Below, one piece after another: positions 38,919-48,881 of a stretch of 64,000 nucleotides of DNA. Below the pieces are notes generated by a model. That model worked only from the letters and a program-made list of their open reading frames with translations, was not told the origin of the DNA and made no database searches. Both the position numbers and the translations under genes were made by a program. Numbering within the stretch: the first letter of the stretch is position 1; each line of letters opens with the position of its first letter. The stretch comes from Candidatus Firestoneibacteriota bacterium (GTDB lineage: Bacteria; Oederibacteriota; D2-FULL-39-29; JBBTED01), in contig JBBTED010000002.1 in the NCBI GenBank assembly GCA_038042445.1, positions 1 to 64,000 of the forward strand, read 5' to 3'.

Positions 38919-39989
38919 TTACCACTTATTGCGCTTAAATAAAAGATCGAGTTCATAAGAAGTAAAGGGGCTCTCAACAGAACTTTTATTCCAATCAGTT
39001 TCATACATTTTTGTCAATTCTGATACTATTTTATTATCAATAATCAACACATTGCATTCATGATTTACTTCAAAACCCTGATAACTCCAGTTTGAACTTC
39101 CTAAAACAGCGATATAATTATCAAAAATTCCAAGTTTCATATGTAATTTCTGTTCAATATCCATATTTACAGGATACCATTTTGTTGATACTCCAGCAGC
39201 TCTTAATTTATCAGATGTACCATAATTTAGCTCCTGAGCAGGTTCCAAAATTGCCCTGACTTTTATTTTTTCCTTTTTATCCTGTCCTTTTATTAATAAT
39301 TCAGTAACATCCTTATTTGTCAATATGAACATTTCAATATCAATTGATTTTTTCAATAAAGTTATATGTTTTATTATTTCTTTCCCTATATCTGAATCCG
39401 TTAGAACCTGAACTACACCTGTTGCATTTTTGTTTGATATTTCTGTATTTTTAACCTGTGTTTTTATTTTTTTCCCCCCGATTTTAGAATAGTCCCAGTC
39501 ATCATGGAAAACTGTTTCAAGAATTTTAACTGCAGGCCCTTTTATTGTAACAGCAATATCATGATTTACAGGTGAATGCAACCCAAGATTAGCTCCACCA
39601 ACTACAGCAATTAAACCATCAATTATTATCAACTTAATATGATTTATTCCCCTTTTATTATATGGATAATACCTGACTGCAACTCCACTGCCATTAAGAA
39701 AATTTTTGATATCTCCATTTCTTTCAACTTTTTGTTCCAGAATTATCTTGATATCAACTCCTTTTTTCTTTTTCTCAATTATCTCTTTTGCAATATCCTG
39801 ATTTGTAAATTCATACATCTCAATATAAATATACGAATTTGCACCTCTTATTAAATCTGTTACTTTTGAATGTATTTTTTCATCTACAAAAAGAGAAAGT
39901 TCGTTTCCGCTTATTAAACCACTGTTATAGGAAAAAGATTGGCAGGAAAATAAAAATACGAAAATAAGATTAAGTAGCCAGATTATCAT
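38919..39989 (-). CDS. Phospholipase D family protein with two HKD motifs, probably exported
   Basis: HIKLIIID...GGAN and HMKLGIFD...GSSN; hydrophobic N-terminus. Confidence 0.9.
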   Translation of the reverse strand: MIIWLLNLIFVFLFSCQSFSYNSGLISGNELSLFVDEKIHSKVTDLIRGANSYIYIEMYEFTNQDIAKEIIEKKKKGVDIKIILEQKVERNGDIKNFLNGSGVAVRYYPYNKRGINHIKLIIIDGLIAVVGGANLGLHSPVNHDIAVTIKGPAVKILETVFHDDWDYSKIGGKKIKTQVKNTEISNKNATGVVQVLTDSDIGKEIIKHITLLKKSIDIEMFILTNKDVTELLIKGQDKKEKIKVRAILEPAQELNYGTSDKLRAAGVSTKWYPVNMDIEQKLHMKLGIFDNYIAVLGSSNWSYQGFEVNHECNVLIIDNKIVSELTKMYETDWNKSSVESPFTSYELDLLFKRNKW

Positions 39990-40564
39990 TGGACAAATTT
40001 GTTTAAATCTTCAGTTAACTTTGCAAGAGGAAGCCCTACTACATTAAAATAACAACCATTTATTTTTTTCACAAAAACAGCACCTTTACCCTGAATTCCA
40101 TAAGCACCAGCTTTATCCATAGGTTCTTTTGTTTTAACATAATCTATTATTTCCTGTTTGCCTAACTCTTTAAAAGTAACAAGTGTAGCAACTGAATCTA
40201 TTAACTTTCTTCCAGTTTTAGCATCTACAATAGCAAAACCTGTTATTACTTTATGAATTTTTCCACTTAATTTTCCAAGAATAGATACTGCATCTTTAAA
40301 ACTTTTGGGCTTACCCAATATTTTACCTTTTAGTACTACAATTGTATCTACTCCTATAATTATTCCTGTATCAAATTTTTTTGCTACATCTAAAGCTTTG
40401 GCAAGAGCAATGTTTTTTGCAATTTTATTGTAATCACACAAATAAGCTAATTTTCTAAAAACATATTTTTCGTTAATTGCACTTGGGATAGATTTAAATG
40501 ATATTCCAATTTGCTTTAGAAGTTTTATTCTGCGCAAAGATGCAGATGCCAGAATATACTTCAT
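39986..40564 (-). CDS. maf: Maf family nucleoside triphosphate pyrophosphatase
   Basis: ILASAS.RR, DTIV, GKP, DKAGAYGIQG, NVVGLP. Confidence 0.95.
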   Translation of the reverse strand: MKYILASASLRRIKLLKQIGISFKSIPSAINEKYVFRKLAYLCDYNKIAKNIALAKALDVAKKFDTGIIIGVDTIVVLKGKILGKPKSFKDAVSILGKLSGKIHKVITGFAIVDAKTGRKLIDSVATLVTFKELGKQEIIDYVKTKEPMDKAGAYGIQGKGAVFVKKINGCYFNVVGLPLAKLTEDLNKFVQ

Positions 40565-40833
40565 ATTTTTCTTATCAATAACCCACCAACTAAAATCCCT
40601 ATAACACTACAAACATTTAATTTGATTGTAAAACCTAATGTTATAGTAAGAACAATAAGGTCAAGTGTAGGTGCAGGATTTAAACCTGGGCCTATAGACT
40701 TTATAAAAAAATCACGTATTGGACCTTGTGGAGTAATCGCACCTATAGCTTCTCCCAAAACTGTGCCAAATAAAGCACCAATTACTAAAATAATAACATA
40801 CACCCAAATCCCCCTACTTTCTCCTTTTGCCAT
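40561..40833 (-). CDS. Small membrane protein, DUF4321-like
   Basis: IGALFGTVLGE...TLDLIVLTITLGFTIKLN; upstream of maf. Confidence 0.75.
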   Translation of the reverse strand: MAKGESRGIWVYVIILVIGALFGTVLGEAIGAITPQGPIRDFFIKSIGPGLNPAPTLDLIVLTITLGFTIKLNVCSVIGILVGGLLIRKI

Positions 40834-40873
40834 TTGAACACCCCCTATTATATTTTGCAATTTGTATTTATTA

Positions 40874-41563
40874 TTATGATCCTACTACTGTTCGCGAATT
40901 TTGTTTAAATAAAATATTTTGTAATGCACTTAAATTATCTTTAGATACAAGCGCAATAACTGTATCACCAGCATTAAGCACTGTATTACCACGGGGAATT
41001 ACAACATCCTCCTGCCCCTGTCGTATAACTGAAATTATAATACATTCAGAAGGAAGTGTTACATCAATAAGTTGCTTACCTGCTAAAGGTGAATTTTTGG
41101 TTAACTCTGCCTGAATTATTTCTACTTTTCCTCCTTTGAGAGCTAACAAAGGTGTAATCATACTTGTATCCATTTTCTGCTCTATCAACATATCTATAAT
41201 ACGCGTGCTGCTAACAGTTGAATCTATTCCTAAACCAGCAAAAACATCTTCATTCTGCGGATCATTCACAAGAGCAATTGTCTTTGGATTAATAAACATT
41301 ATTTTAACCATCTGACATATCACCAAATTTTCTTCATCCTGACCAGTAGTAGCAACAAGAACATCGGCTCTATTTGCACCTGCTATTTTTAAAATATCCA
41401 CATCTATAGCATCCCCTAATATTAATATCTCACCCAATTCATCCACTAATTTTGTATATCTCTCTTTGTTTTTTTCTATTACAGCAACTTCATGGCCTTT
41501 ATTCATCAATAATTTAGTCAAATTATAACCAACTTTACCTGCACCTACAATAATCATATACAT
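40874..41563 (-). CDS. trkA: TrkA family RCK protein (TrkA-N + TrkA-C)
   Basis: IVGAGKVG, GDA, DEENL, C-terminal IPRGNTVL. Confidence 0.92.
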   Translation of the reverse strand: MYMIIVGAGKVGYNLTKLLMNKGHEVAVIEKNKERYTKLVDELGEILILGDAIDVDILKIAGANRADVLVATTGQDEENLVICQMVKIMFINPKTIALVNDPQNEDVFAGLGIDSTVSSTRIIDMLIEQKMDTSMITPLLALKGGKVEIIQAELTKNSPLAGKQLIDVTLPSECIIISVIRQGQEDVVIPRGNTVLNAGDTVIALVSKDNLSALQNILFKQNSRTVVGS

Positions 41564-41581
41564 ATAATATTTTAGCCTCCC

Positions 41582-41986
41582 TTAAGATTTCTTTGTAAGC
41601 ATTTTATGAATTGATTTTACACTTACAGTAGTAGGGCAATATGTTTCAATATCTAAATCCTGAAATACCTGAGCTCTCACAGGATCCTCTATCCTAACAA
41701 TTACCCTTGGCACATTAAATAACCTCTTTGCAATCTGTGCAGACATAATATTTATATTATCATTATTTGTAACTGCAATAAAAACTTCTGCTTTTTCAAT
41801 ACCTGTTTGCTTCAAAAACATCCTATCTATTCCAAGCCCGGAAAATGTCTTACCTTTAAAATCTTCTCCAAGTTGTTTAAATGCTTCTATATCTCTATCT
41901 ATAATAATAACTTCATTTCCTTCCTTTGATAATACTTGTGACAATCTTGTTCCAACTTTTCCACAACCTAATATCATTATTTTCAC
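41582..41986 (-). CDS. TrkA-N-only RCK protein
   Basis: ILGCGKVG, AVTNNDNIN, CPT; 134 aa. Confidence 0.9.
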   Translation of the reverse strand: MKIMILGCGKVGTRLSQVLSKEGNEVIIIDRDIEAFKQLGEDFKGKTFSGLGIDRMFLKQTGIEKAEVFIAVTNNDNINIMSAQIAKRLFNVPRVIVRIEDPVRAQVFQDLDIETYCPTTVSVKSIHKMLTKKS

Positions 41987-42005
41987 CTAAAAATCCTCCT
42001 AAATT

Positions 42006-42061
42006 GTCATGCCGAACTTGTTTCGGCATCTCATTAGACCCTGAAACAAGTTCAGGGTGAC
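42006..42061. repeat. Naked CGTC-type palindrome (same family as the 131-bp MITE cargo)
   Basis: GTCATGCCGAACTTGTTTCGGCATCT-CATT-AGACCCTGAAACAAGTTCAGGGTGAC. Confidence 0.9.
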
Positions 42062-42099
42062 ATTCAAACCATATATTTGACATAAATGTTTCATATAAT

Positions 42100-42663
42100 T
42101 TATCCCTCTTCTATTTTATCAATAATAACCTCGCAGGGTGCTCTACGCAAAATAGTTTCTGTAGTTACACCCAAAACACTATGAGCAAATCTATGCTTTG
42201 ATTTAATTCCAAGCACAATTAAGTCTATATCATTTATTTTGACCAAATCAATTATTTCTTCAGCAGCAACTCTTGCCCTATCAATTTTAATTATAGGATT
42301 TAATCCACGAAGAGTAACTATATCCTCTGCGCGTTTTAAAGCATCTTTGGCTTTTAATTCTGCCTGTGGCAAAGGAGCTTCAAGAGGAAGAGTCCTTGGC
42401 ACTTCAAGTATATATGCAAGCCATATTTCTGCTTTTTGCTCAATTCCAAGCCTACATGCTAATTCCACCCCACGTTCAGAATAAGGCAGCCCAACTGTTG
42501 GCACAAGTATTTTTTTAAGTGACCCAATTCCACGTCTTGCCTTAGCAGCAGCAGCAGGAATAAGCGGAGGAACATTAAGCATCCACCACAAAAGACTTCC
42601 CATAGCTATTGTAAAAACTACCGTTAATATAATACCTTCTGTATGAACAATAACAGTATTCAT
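42100..42663 (-). CDS. Universal stress protein with N-terminal TM helix
   Basis: KILVPT, DLIVLG, LGVTTETILRRAPCEV. Confidence 0.9.
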   Translation of the reverse strand: MNTVIVHTEGIILTVVFTIAMGSLLWWMLNVPPLIPAAAAKARRGIGSLKKILVPTVGLPYSERGVELACRLGIEQKAEIWLAYILEVPRTLPLEAPLPQAELKAKDALKRAEDIVTLRGLNPIIKIDRARVAAEEIIDLVKINDIDLIVLGIKSKHRFAHSVLGVTTETILRRAPCEVIIDKIEEG

Positions 42664-42863
42664 TTTTGTAATTTTTGTGATTTTAAATATTTAAAAATAA
42701 AGTTCGCTCTATAAATTCCAAAACCTATAAAAAGCATACCAACTATAGGTACAAGTATAGATGTATTAACTTTAGAAGCTCTGTATATTATTATAGCACC
42801 CAATGGTATCATTATAAAAGTATTTATTATTTTAAATCTTTCTGAAAATTTATTTAGCTTCAT
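42660..42863 (-). CDS. Small two-TM hypothetical protein
   Basis: Overlaps both neighbours; two hydrophobic segments. Confidence 0.6.
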   Translation of the reverse strand: MKLNKFSERFKIINTFIMIPLGAIIIYRASKVNTSILVPIVGMLFIGFGIYRANFIFKYLKSQKLQK

Positions 42864-44421
42864 CTTTTTTACCCTCTGTTTTGTCCCGCTCAAGAAGTGC
42901 ATATTCATATTGCTCTAACAAATCAAATTCTTCAGCAGATTTCAAAACTTCTTTTTGTTCAGACTCCCAATCTTTTTTTGCACTTTTAAATACAGGTTGG
43001 CCGGATTTCATTCTATACCATACATAAAATATAAAACAGAGTAACACCCATGCAGGCCCAGCTATTCTACCAATTTCATGTGTAAGAATAACTTCAACAA
43101 GAATTATTGCTACACCACACATACCAATAATTCCAAGTATTGGAATTTCTATTGTATTCTTTTTATACTTTATTTTTATATTTAATGGCATTTTATATGG
43201 TCTTGGTGTATAAGGATCAGAAAACCTTAATTTTATAAGTGAAATAAAAACAAGAGTATATCCAAGAGTTGCACCAAATGCATACATATTGGCTAATGTA
43301 TCCATTGCACGTGGAGTTAAAAACGCAAGTACAGTTTCTAAAATACCCACTGTTGAAAATATTACTATTGTTCGAGCTGGCGTTCTAAAAATCTGATGAA
43401 TTTTATTAAACCAGCTTGGGATAAGCTTAAACTGACTCATACAAAAAGTAAGCCGTGAAGCACCCATTACACCTGTATTAGCCGAAATTAAAAGCATTAT
43501 TGCACTCAAAATTGCTGCAAATGGACCGGCAATATACCCGATATATGGAATAGCAGTTCCTAAAACTGCAAGAGGATCTCCTTCATGCGCTGCAATTGTC
43601 TGCCATGGCAACATCCCAAGACCAAGTGTTGAAAAAGCTATTGCAAAAATAAAAACGCTAAATATGAGGGTAATAGAAGTACGAGGAATTATAGTTGCAG
43701 GCCTTCTTGTTTCCTGAGCAGCTTGTGAAATTGACTCTAAACCTACAAAAGAAATAATAGCAAGTGATGACCCATACATAAAATTATGCATTGTAGGTAT
43801 TTCTTTTGCCCACTGATGAATAAAAAATTCTGGTTTCCATGCAAAAACAAACCCCATAATTATAAGAGCAGATTCGGATAGTATTTCAATTACTCCAAAC
43901 ATTTCATTTAAAAACGATGATTCACGTACACCTCTTATATTAAGCCATATTAAAAATCCTATTAATACTACTGATTCCAAACACCACAACGGATTTATAT
44001 TAACAAATGGACCTATAGTTATTTTAAATTGTTGAATATATGGAAAAAAGAAGTTTATATACCCTGCGCAAGCAACAGCGAATAATGCAATATCTATTGT
44101 ATAATCAAGTAAAAGCGCAGCACCAGATACAAAACCCCAGAAATCTCCTAATCCTCTTAATGCAAAATATTGCCCACCACCAGCTACAGGATATGCAGAA
44201 GCAAGTTCTGTATAAGCCAATCCTATCATTATATAAACAATTCCTGCTAATGCAAATGCCAGTGGAGCAACACCTTGAGTAGCAGCAATAACAAGACCTA
44301 AAGCTACACAAACATTAGCTCCTACATCTGCAAAACCCCACATAAAAGAGCCCCAGACTGTTACATCGCGCCTTAATTCCACATTTTTCTCAGTATTAGT
44401 ATTATTCTTTAGTTTATCCAT
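42850..44421 (-). CDS. APC family permease
   Basis: YTELASAYPVAGG, FVGLESIS, RTP; about 12 TM. Confidence 0.92.
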   Translation of the reverse strand: MDKLKNNTNTEKNVELRRDVTVWGSFMWGFADVGANVCVALGLVIAATQGVAPLAFALAGIVYIMIGLAYTELASAYPVAGGGQYFALRGLGDFWGFVSGAALLLDYTIDIALFAVACAGYINFFFPYIQQFKITIGPFVNINPLWCLESVVLIGFLIWLNIRGVRESSFLNEMFGVIEILSESALIIMGFVFAWKPEFFIHQWAKEIPTMHNFMYGSSLAIISFVGLESISQAAQETRRPATIIPRTSITLIFSVFIFAIAFSTLGLGMLPWQTIAAHEGDPLAVLGTAIPYIGYIAGPFAAILSAIMLLISANTGVMGASRLTFCMSQFKLIPSWFNKIHQIFRTPARTIVIFSTVGILETVLAFLTPRAMDTLANMYAFGATLGYTLVFISLIKLRFSDPYTPRPYKMPLNIKIKYKKNTIEIPILGIIGMCGVAIILVEVILTHEIGRIAGPAWVLLCFIFYVWYRMKSGQPVFKSAKKDWESEQKEVLKSAEEFDLLEQYEYALLERDKTEGKKDEAK

Positions 44422-44429
44422 AGTTTTTT

Positions 44430-44458
44430 ATTATACTATATTACCTTATTTTTATCTA
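44430..44458 (-). promoter_or_regulatory. Promoter of the APC permease operon, probably leaderless
   Basis: TAGATA-17 bp-TATAAT; ATG follows after 8 nt; no SD. Confidence 0.55.
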
Positions 44459-44477
44459 CTTATTTTAGAGATTATCG

Positions 44478-44591
44478 GTAATGGGTCAGTGAAATACGGA
44501 ATAATAAAGTAGTCGCAGGCTTTAGCCTGCGTTATTTACCGCAAACTAAAGTTTGCGACTACCAATTCACCGCCCTTTACTGATTCATTAC
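44478..44591. mobile_element. MITE-like element with GTAA...TTAC ends carrying a GTAG-type REP doublet
   Basis: GTAATGGGTCAGT / ACTGATTCATTAC; 8-bp flanks GATTATCG / AATTATCG (7/8); internal REP at 44509-44562. Confidence 0.72.
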
Positions 44592-44722
44592 AATTATCGG
44601 TAACGAGAAGGCACAAATAGAGTTACAGCAATACTAAAAAGTGAAAATGAAGCTGTAATAACTGATAAATTTATAAGTTTTAGTTTAATAAAAAAAATAT
44701 GCAGATTGTCATTAATATACTA

Positions 44723-45727
44723 TTAATGAGAGGGTAAAATCCTTAAACATTCGCCCCATGTCATAATTATTGGTTTATGTTTTGCAAAAAGTTTAATTGC
44801 TTCTTTATAACATCCAGGAATCAATGAAAAACCTCTTAATGGATGACCATATTCATATAAATGTCCCAGAATTAGATTTCTGGGTTTTATTTCATCAATT
44901 ATTTCAATCATTGATGTTGATGTTGCATTAAATAAGAGAACATCTACAGGAGCGAGTTTTTTTACCCAAGACAAAATTTCATTTGGATCATTTTGATCTC
45001 CCATATGAAGTATGCTAATTCCATCCCTTGTTTTGATATAATAACTTGTGTTTGAACAATAAGGATTTTGATGCCCAGCAAAAAATTTTACTTCTATACT
45101 TTCATTTAATGTAGCAATGGATTCTTTTATTGCAACTGGCAATTCATAACAATTCTTAAATCTGGACAGTGACTCGTATATATCTGATGAAAGAAAAACC
45201 GTTTTGCCCAGAGAAATCATTTTTTTAATTATATTTATATCCATATGGTCGTAGTGAACATGAGAAACAAATAAAGTTTCGAGATTCTGACAAATACTAT
45301 TTCTCAAAGATGACGATATACATATTTTATCTATGCCACTGATGATATCAAATCCAAATATTATCTCAGGACATTTTACAATAAATCCATGACCATACGT
45401 TTGCCAAATTACTAATCCTTTTTTAACCTTGTATTCTTCTATTTCCAAAAGGACTTTCTTCATCATCTCTTGGTAGAAATAACCTATATCAGATAAACTA
45501 TTGCCAAAGAAAAAGATAAGTTTTCTATCAAGTACATTTAAAACTTCAAGCCGTAATTTTTTATTTTCAGTATCTGGTGCATATTTTTCCAGTAAAGACA
45601 TTATGTATTTAGATTCTTTTTTAGTCATAGCCAGTGGTTTGGTAAAATTTATTCCAGATTTTTCATAAATTCCTTTAGATGCACGAATTTCAACAGATTT
45701 CTGAATGTTACTACTTTCTATACGCAT
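44723..45727 (-). CDS. MBL-fold metallo-hydrolase
   Basis: VSHVHYDH, AGH, HMGD, GH. Confidence 0.85.
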   Translation of the reverse strand: MRIESSNIQKSVEIRASKGIYEKSGINFTKPLAMTKKESKYIMSLLEKYAPDTENKKLRLEVLNVLDRKLIFFFGNSLSDIGYFYQEMMKKVLLEIEEYKVKKGLVIWQTYGHGFIVKCPEIIFGFDIISGIDKICISSSLRNSICQNLETLFVSHVHYDHMDINIIKKMISLGKTVFLSSDIYESLSRFKNCYELPVAIKESIATLNESIEVKFFAGHQNPYCSNTSYYIKTRDGISILHMGDQNDPNEILSWVKKLAPVDVLLFNATSTSMIEIIDEIKPRNLILGHLYEYGHPLRGFSLIPGCYKEAIKLFAKHKPIIMTWGECLRILPSH

Positions 45728-45737
45728 AAATATTTCT

Positions 45738-46667
45738 TTATAATGTGGCTTTTAAAGTAAGAATCGCTTCTTTATAAGAGTCTTTTATCCTAACATTGTT
45801 TTTCATTTTTACCGCATCTAAAAAAACTTTTGATTCATTAATTAAACACAAATTTTCGTCTTCCTGTAATATAAATTCTTTGCCTTTTTCTTTAATTATT
45901 AATTTAATTCCAGGACAAACCAAGAGAGATATTTCTTTGGTTCCTGTTATAATTTTAAATCCTGCTTCCAAAACAGGTGTTGCAAAACTTGTGTGCATAC
46001 ATCCTATTACACCGGAATCAGTTTTCAAAAGCATTGCAGACGAATCCGGAATATCCAGTTCCTTGTATCTGATTTTGGCAGTAACAATATTTTTATCCTG
46101 AATTTCACCAAAAAATAATCTTATAAGATCAACAATATGTGTTGCCTGTTCAACAATCTGTCCGCCTGACATATCTTTTCTTTGCCACCATTCTTTTTTT
46201 ACAACTTCAGGCATATTAAAGTAACCATCAAAAAAAGAAGTCTGTTCTTTTTTCAATATCGTCCTTAATTTTTGAACTAAAAGACTATATCTGAATTTAT
46301 ATGCTGCAAAAAGAAAAACATTTTTTTCTTCTGCTTTTTTCATAATATCTTCTGCAATCAACATATCAAGCGCTACAGGTTTTTCTATAAACAAATGGAT
46401 TTTTCGTTTTATACATTCTGTCTCAACTAAGCCGTGTGCATGAGGTGGAAAACAAACATAAGCAGCATCAATTTTTTCTACTTCAAGCATCTTTTTGTAA
46501 TCATCGTATGCATTTCCACCAAATTTCTCAGTTACTGCTTTTGCGTTCTTAATATCACGGCTGTAAACACCCACAATTTTTACACCTGAAAAATCTTTAA
46601 TTACATTCATATGCTGCAAATTATAACCGCATCCCAAAAAAGCCAATCTAATTGCTTTCTTTTCCAT
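45738..46667 (-). CDS. Gfo/Idh/MocA family oxidoreductase
   Basis: FLGCG, IEKP, SGGQIVEQATHIVD. Confidence 0.92.
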   Translation of the reverse strand: MEKKAIRLAFLGCGYNLQHMNVIKDFSGVKIVGVYSRDIKNAKAVTEKFGGNAYDDYKKMLEVEKIDAAYVCFPPHAHGLVETECIKRKIHLFIEKPVALDMLIAEDIMKKAEEKNVFLFAAYKFRYSLLVQKLRTILKKEQTSFFDGYFNMPEVVKKEWWQRKDMSGGQIVEQATHIVDLIRLFFGEIQDKNIVTAKIRYKELDIPDSSAMLLKTDSGVIGCMHTSFATPVLEAGFKIITGTKEISLLVCPGIKLIIKEKGKEFILQEDENLCLINESKVFLDAVKMKNNVRIKDSYKEAILTLKATL

Positions 46668-46668
46668 A

Positions 46669-47709
46669 TTAATACTTAAGTACAATTCCCATAACTTCTT
46701 CTGGATGTTTATCTATTAATTCATAAGCTTTACTAGCATCAGTAAAATCATACACATGACTGATTAATTTGTCTAATTTCATTTTTGGAAAAAGTTTTAA
46801 TACTGTCTCAGTTCTCCTTGCAAAATTCCATCTCGGACTTAAAACACGATTTATCATACCTGCCTGTGAACATTTGATATTTATCCAGTTATGATGAAAC
46901 TCTTCACCTAAATAAATCTGTTTAGATTCACCTTGATAAAACGACATACTTATTACTGTTGACTGTGGAGCAACACTACGAATTGCTTCATTTAATGCTT
47001 TATAATTACCACTTACTTCAATAGCCACATCCGCACCACGATTATTGGTCAGTTTTCTTATTTCCATTGCTATATCCTCACATTTTTTTGGATTAAGTAT
47101 TACATCAACACCTAATTTTTTAGCTAAATTCAACCGTTTCTCAATTAAATCTATACCAATAACACAAGCAGCACCTGACATTTTAGCTAACTGACATAAC
47201 ATCTATCCGATTACTCCTAAGCCAAAAATCGCGATTGTTTCTCCTAAGTTTATCTGTGCATCAAGTATTCCGTTAAACGATATTGTTAATAATGCTGTAA
47301 AAATACCATATTCAGATGAAATATTTTCAGGTAGCTTTATCACATTATTTTCTTCAATTATATAATCTGTTCTGTGAGATACATACGCAAAAACTTTATC
47401 ACCTTTTGAAATATTTTTAACTTCTCTACCTACTTCAGTTACTACTCCTACATTTGCATAACCACTCTCCATAGGATATTTCCAATCAGGCTTTTCCGAT
47501 TTAATAAAAAGTCTATTCAACTTATCAAATTGTTTGTTTAAAAAAGGGGCTTCTCCCCTATATCCTGCCATTTCAGTTCCATGGCTTATTTCTGAAAACA
47601 ATGTTTTTACTTTTATTTCATTAGGTTTTATTTTCTTTCTCCCCTCATATGTTTCAAATCCAATTTTTCTTGGTTCAAGAAAGACTAGTTTTTTATGTAG
47701 AGTAGACAT
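46669..47709 (-). pseudogene. MDR/zinc-binding alcohol dehydrogenase family gene with in-frame TAG
   Basis: Two track ORFs in one frame: ...GLGVIG-TAG-MLCQLAK...; ISHGTE and GY..VG in the N-half, Rossmann remainder in the C-half. Confidence 0.85.
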
Positions 47710-47761
47710 TTTTTATACCCTCCTTTCTTACACAAAAAGACTTTTGTTTTTTCATATTATA

Positions 47762-48541
47762 TCACCACAATAATGCGGTTAGAATAAAGTCGGATATTAG
47801 TATTAATATTGATGCTAATACAACTGAATCTGTTGTTGATTTTCCAACACCTTCGGCCCCACCTGTAGTTATAAAACCCTTATGACATCCTACTATAGCA
47901 ATTATAATAGCAAATACACCTGTTTTCAAAAGACCATTAACAACATCACGTAGATCTAAATATAAAATTACACTCTCAACATAACTTACAGTACTTGTAT
48001 CTAATTTAGTATAACTTATTAAAAATCCTCCTAAAATTCCTATAAAATCAGCGAAAATTGTAAGTAATGGTAACATAAGCAAGCATGCCAAGAATCTTGG
48101 AACTGCTAAATATTTTACTGGATTTGCTGCCATTGTCTCTAATGCATCTATTTGCTCTGTAACTCTCATTGTCCCAATTTCTGCAGCAATTGCCGAACCT
48201 ATTCTTCCTGCAACTATAATAGCAGTAAGCACAGGACCTAATTCTCTGCATAGTGATATAGAAACCATTCCACCAATAAATTGCGTTGAGCCAGCCATTT
48301 TTCTTTCTAATGTAACTCCTGTTTGCAATGCCAATACCATTCCTGTAGAAACAGATGTCAATGCCACAACAGGAATAGAATTTACACCTATTTGCACCAT
48401 CTGATACATAGTATTTTTCCATTCAGACGGCTTACGCCATATCCAATAAAATACCTGTCCCAGAAGTTTTGAAAGCTTACCCGCTTCTTCAAGGTAATCT
48501 AAAATACCCCTGCCTAATATTTCAAGATATTTAAAACGCAT
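47762..48541 (-). CDS. mlaE: MlaE family ABC permease
   Basis: RELGPVLTAIIVAGRIGS, MRVTEQIDAL, GGAEGVG. Confidence 0.93.
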   Translation of the reverse strand: MRFKYLEILGRGILDYLEEAGKLSKLLGQVFYWIWRKPSEWKNTMYQMVQIGVNSIPVVALTSVSTGMVLALQTGVTLERKMAGSTQFIGGMVSISLCRELGPVLTAIIVAGRIGSAIAAEIGTMRVTEQIDALETMAANPVKYLAVPRFLACLLMLPLLTIFADFIGILGGFLISYTKLDTSTVSYVESVILYLDLRDVVNGLLKTGVFAIIIAIVGCHKGFITTGGAEGVGKSTTDSVVLASILILISDFILTALLW

Positions 48542-48881
48542 TTTTTATAAACTCAATATTGTTTTCTTCAGAAATTGCAATTACATCAAACCTACAGGAA
48601 CTATCAGTAAGTTTGTTTTTGACAAGATACTCTAAGGCTGTTTTTTTAATATGCTGCTGCTTAAATACATCTACAGCTTCTTGTGGATAGGAAAAATTAT
48701 TGTTTTTACGTGTTTTCACTTCTACAAAAGTAATTGTGTTTTTATCCTCTGCAATAATATCTATTTCACCTCTATTTGATTTGTAATTTCTGGCAAGAAT
48801 TTTATATCCATTTTGTTTTAAAAAATCAGTTGCTATCTCCTCCCCCTTGGCTCCCAACTTGCACCTCGCGTTTTCTTTCAT
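48531..48881 (-). CDS. yraN: YraN (UPF0102) family protein
   Basis: [27 protein letters not shown]; start placed at MKENAR. Confidence 0.92.
   Translation of the reverse strand: MKENARCKLGAKGEEIATDFLKQNGYKILARNYKSNRGEIDIIAEDKNTITFVEVKTRKNNNFSYPQEAVDVFKQQHIKKTALEYLVKNKLTDSSCRFDVIAISEENNIEFIKNAF

Noticed and set aside
44600..44722. Possible ncRNA or riboswitch in the intergenic region
   Set aside because: Only a weak TTACAGC/GCTGTAA pairing; no recognisable family motif.
47203..47205. Genome-wide TAG reassignment or pyrrolysine
   Set aside because: TAG terminates conserved genes at their expected lengths and only one internal TAG was seen.
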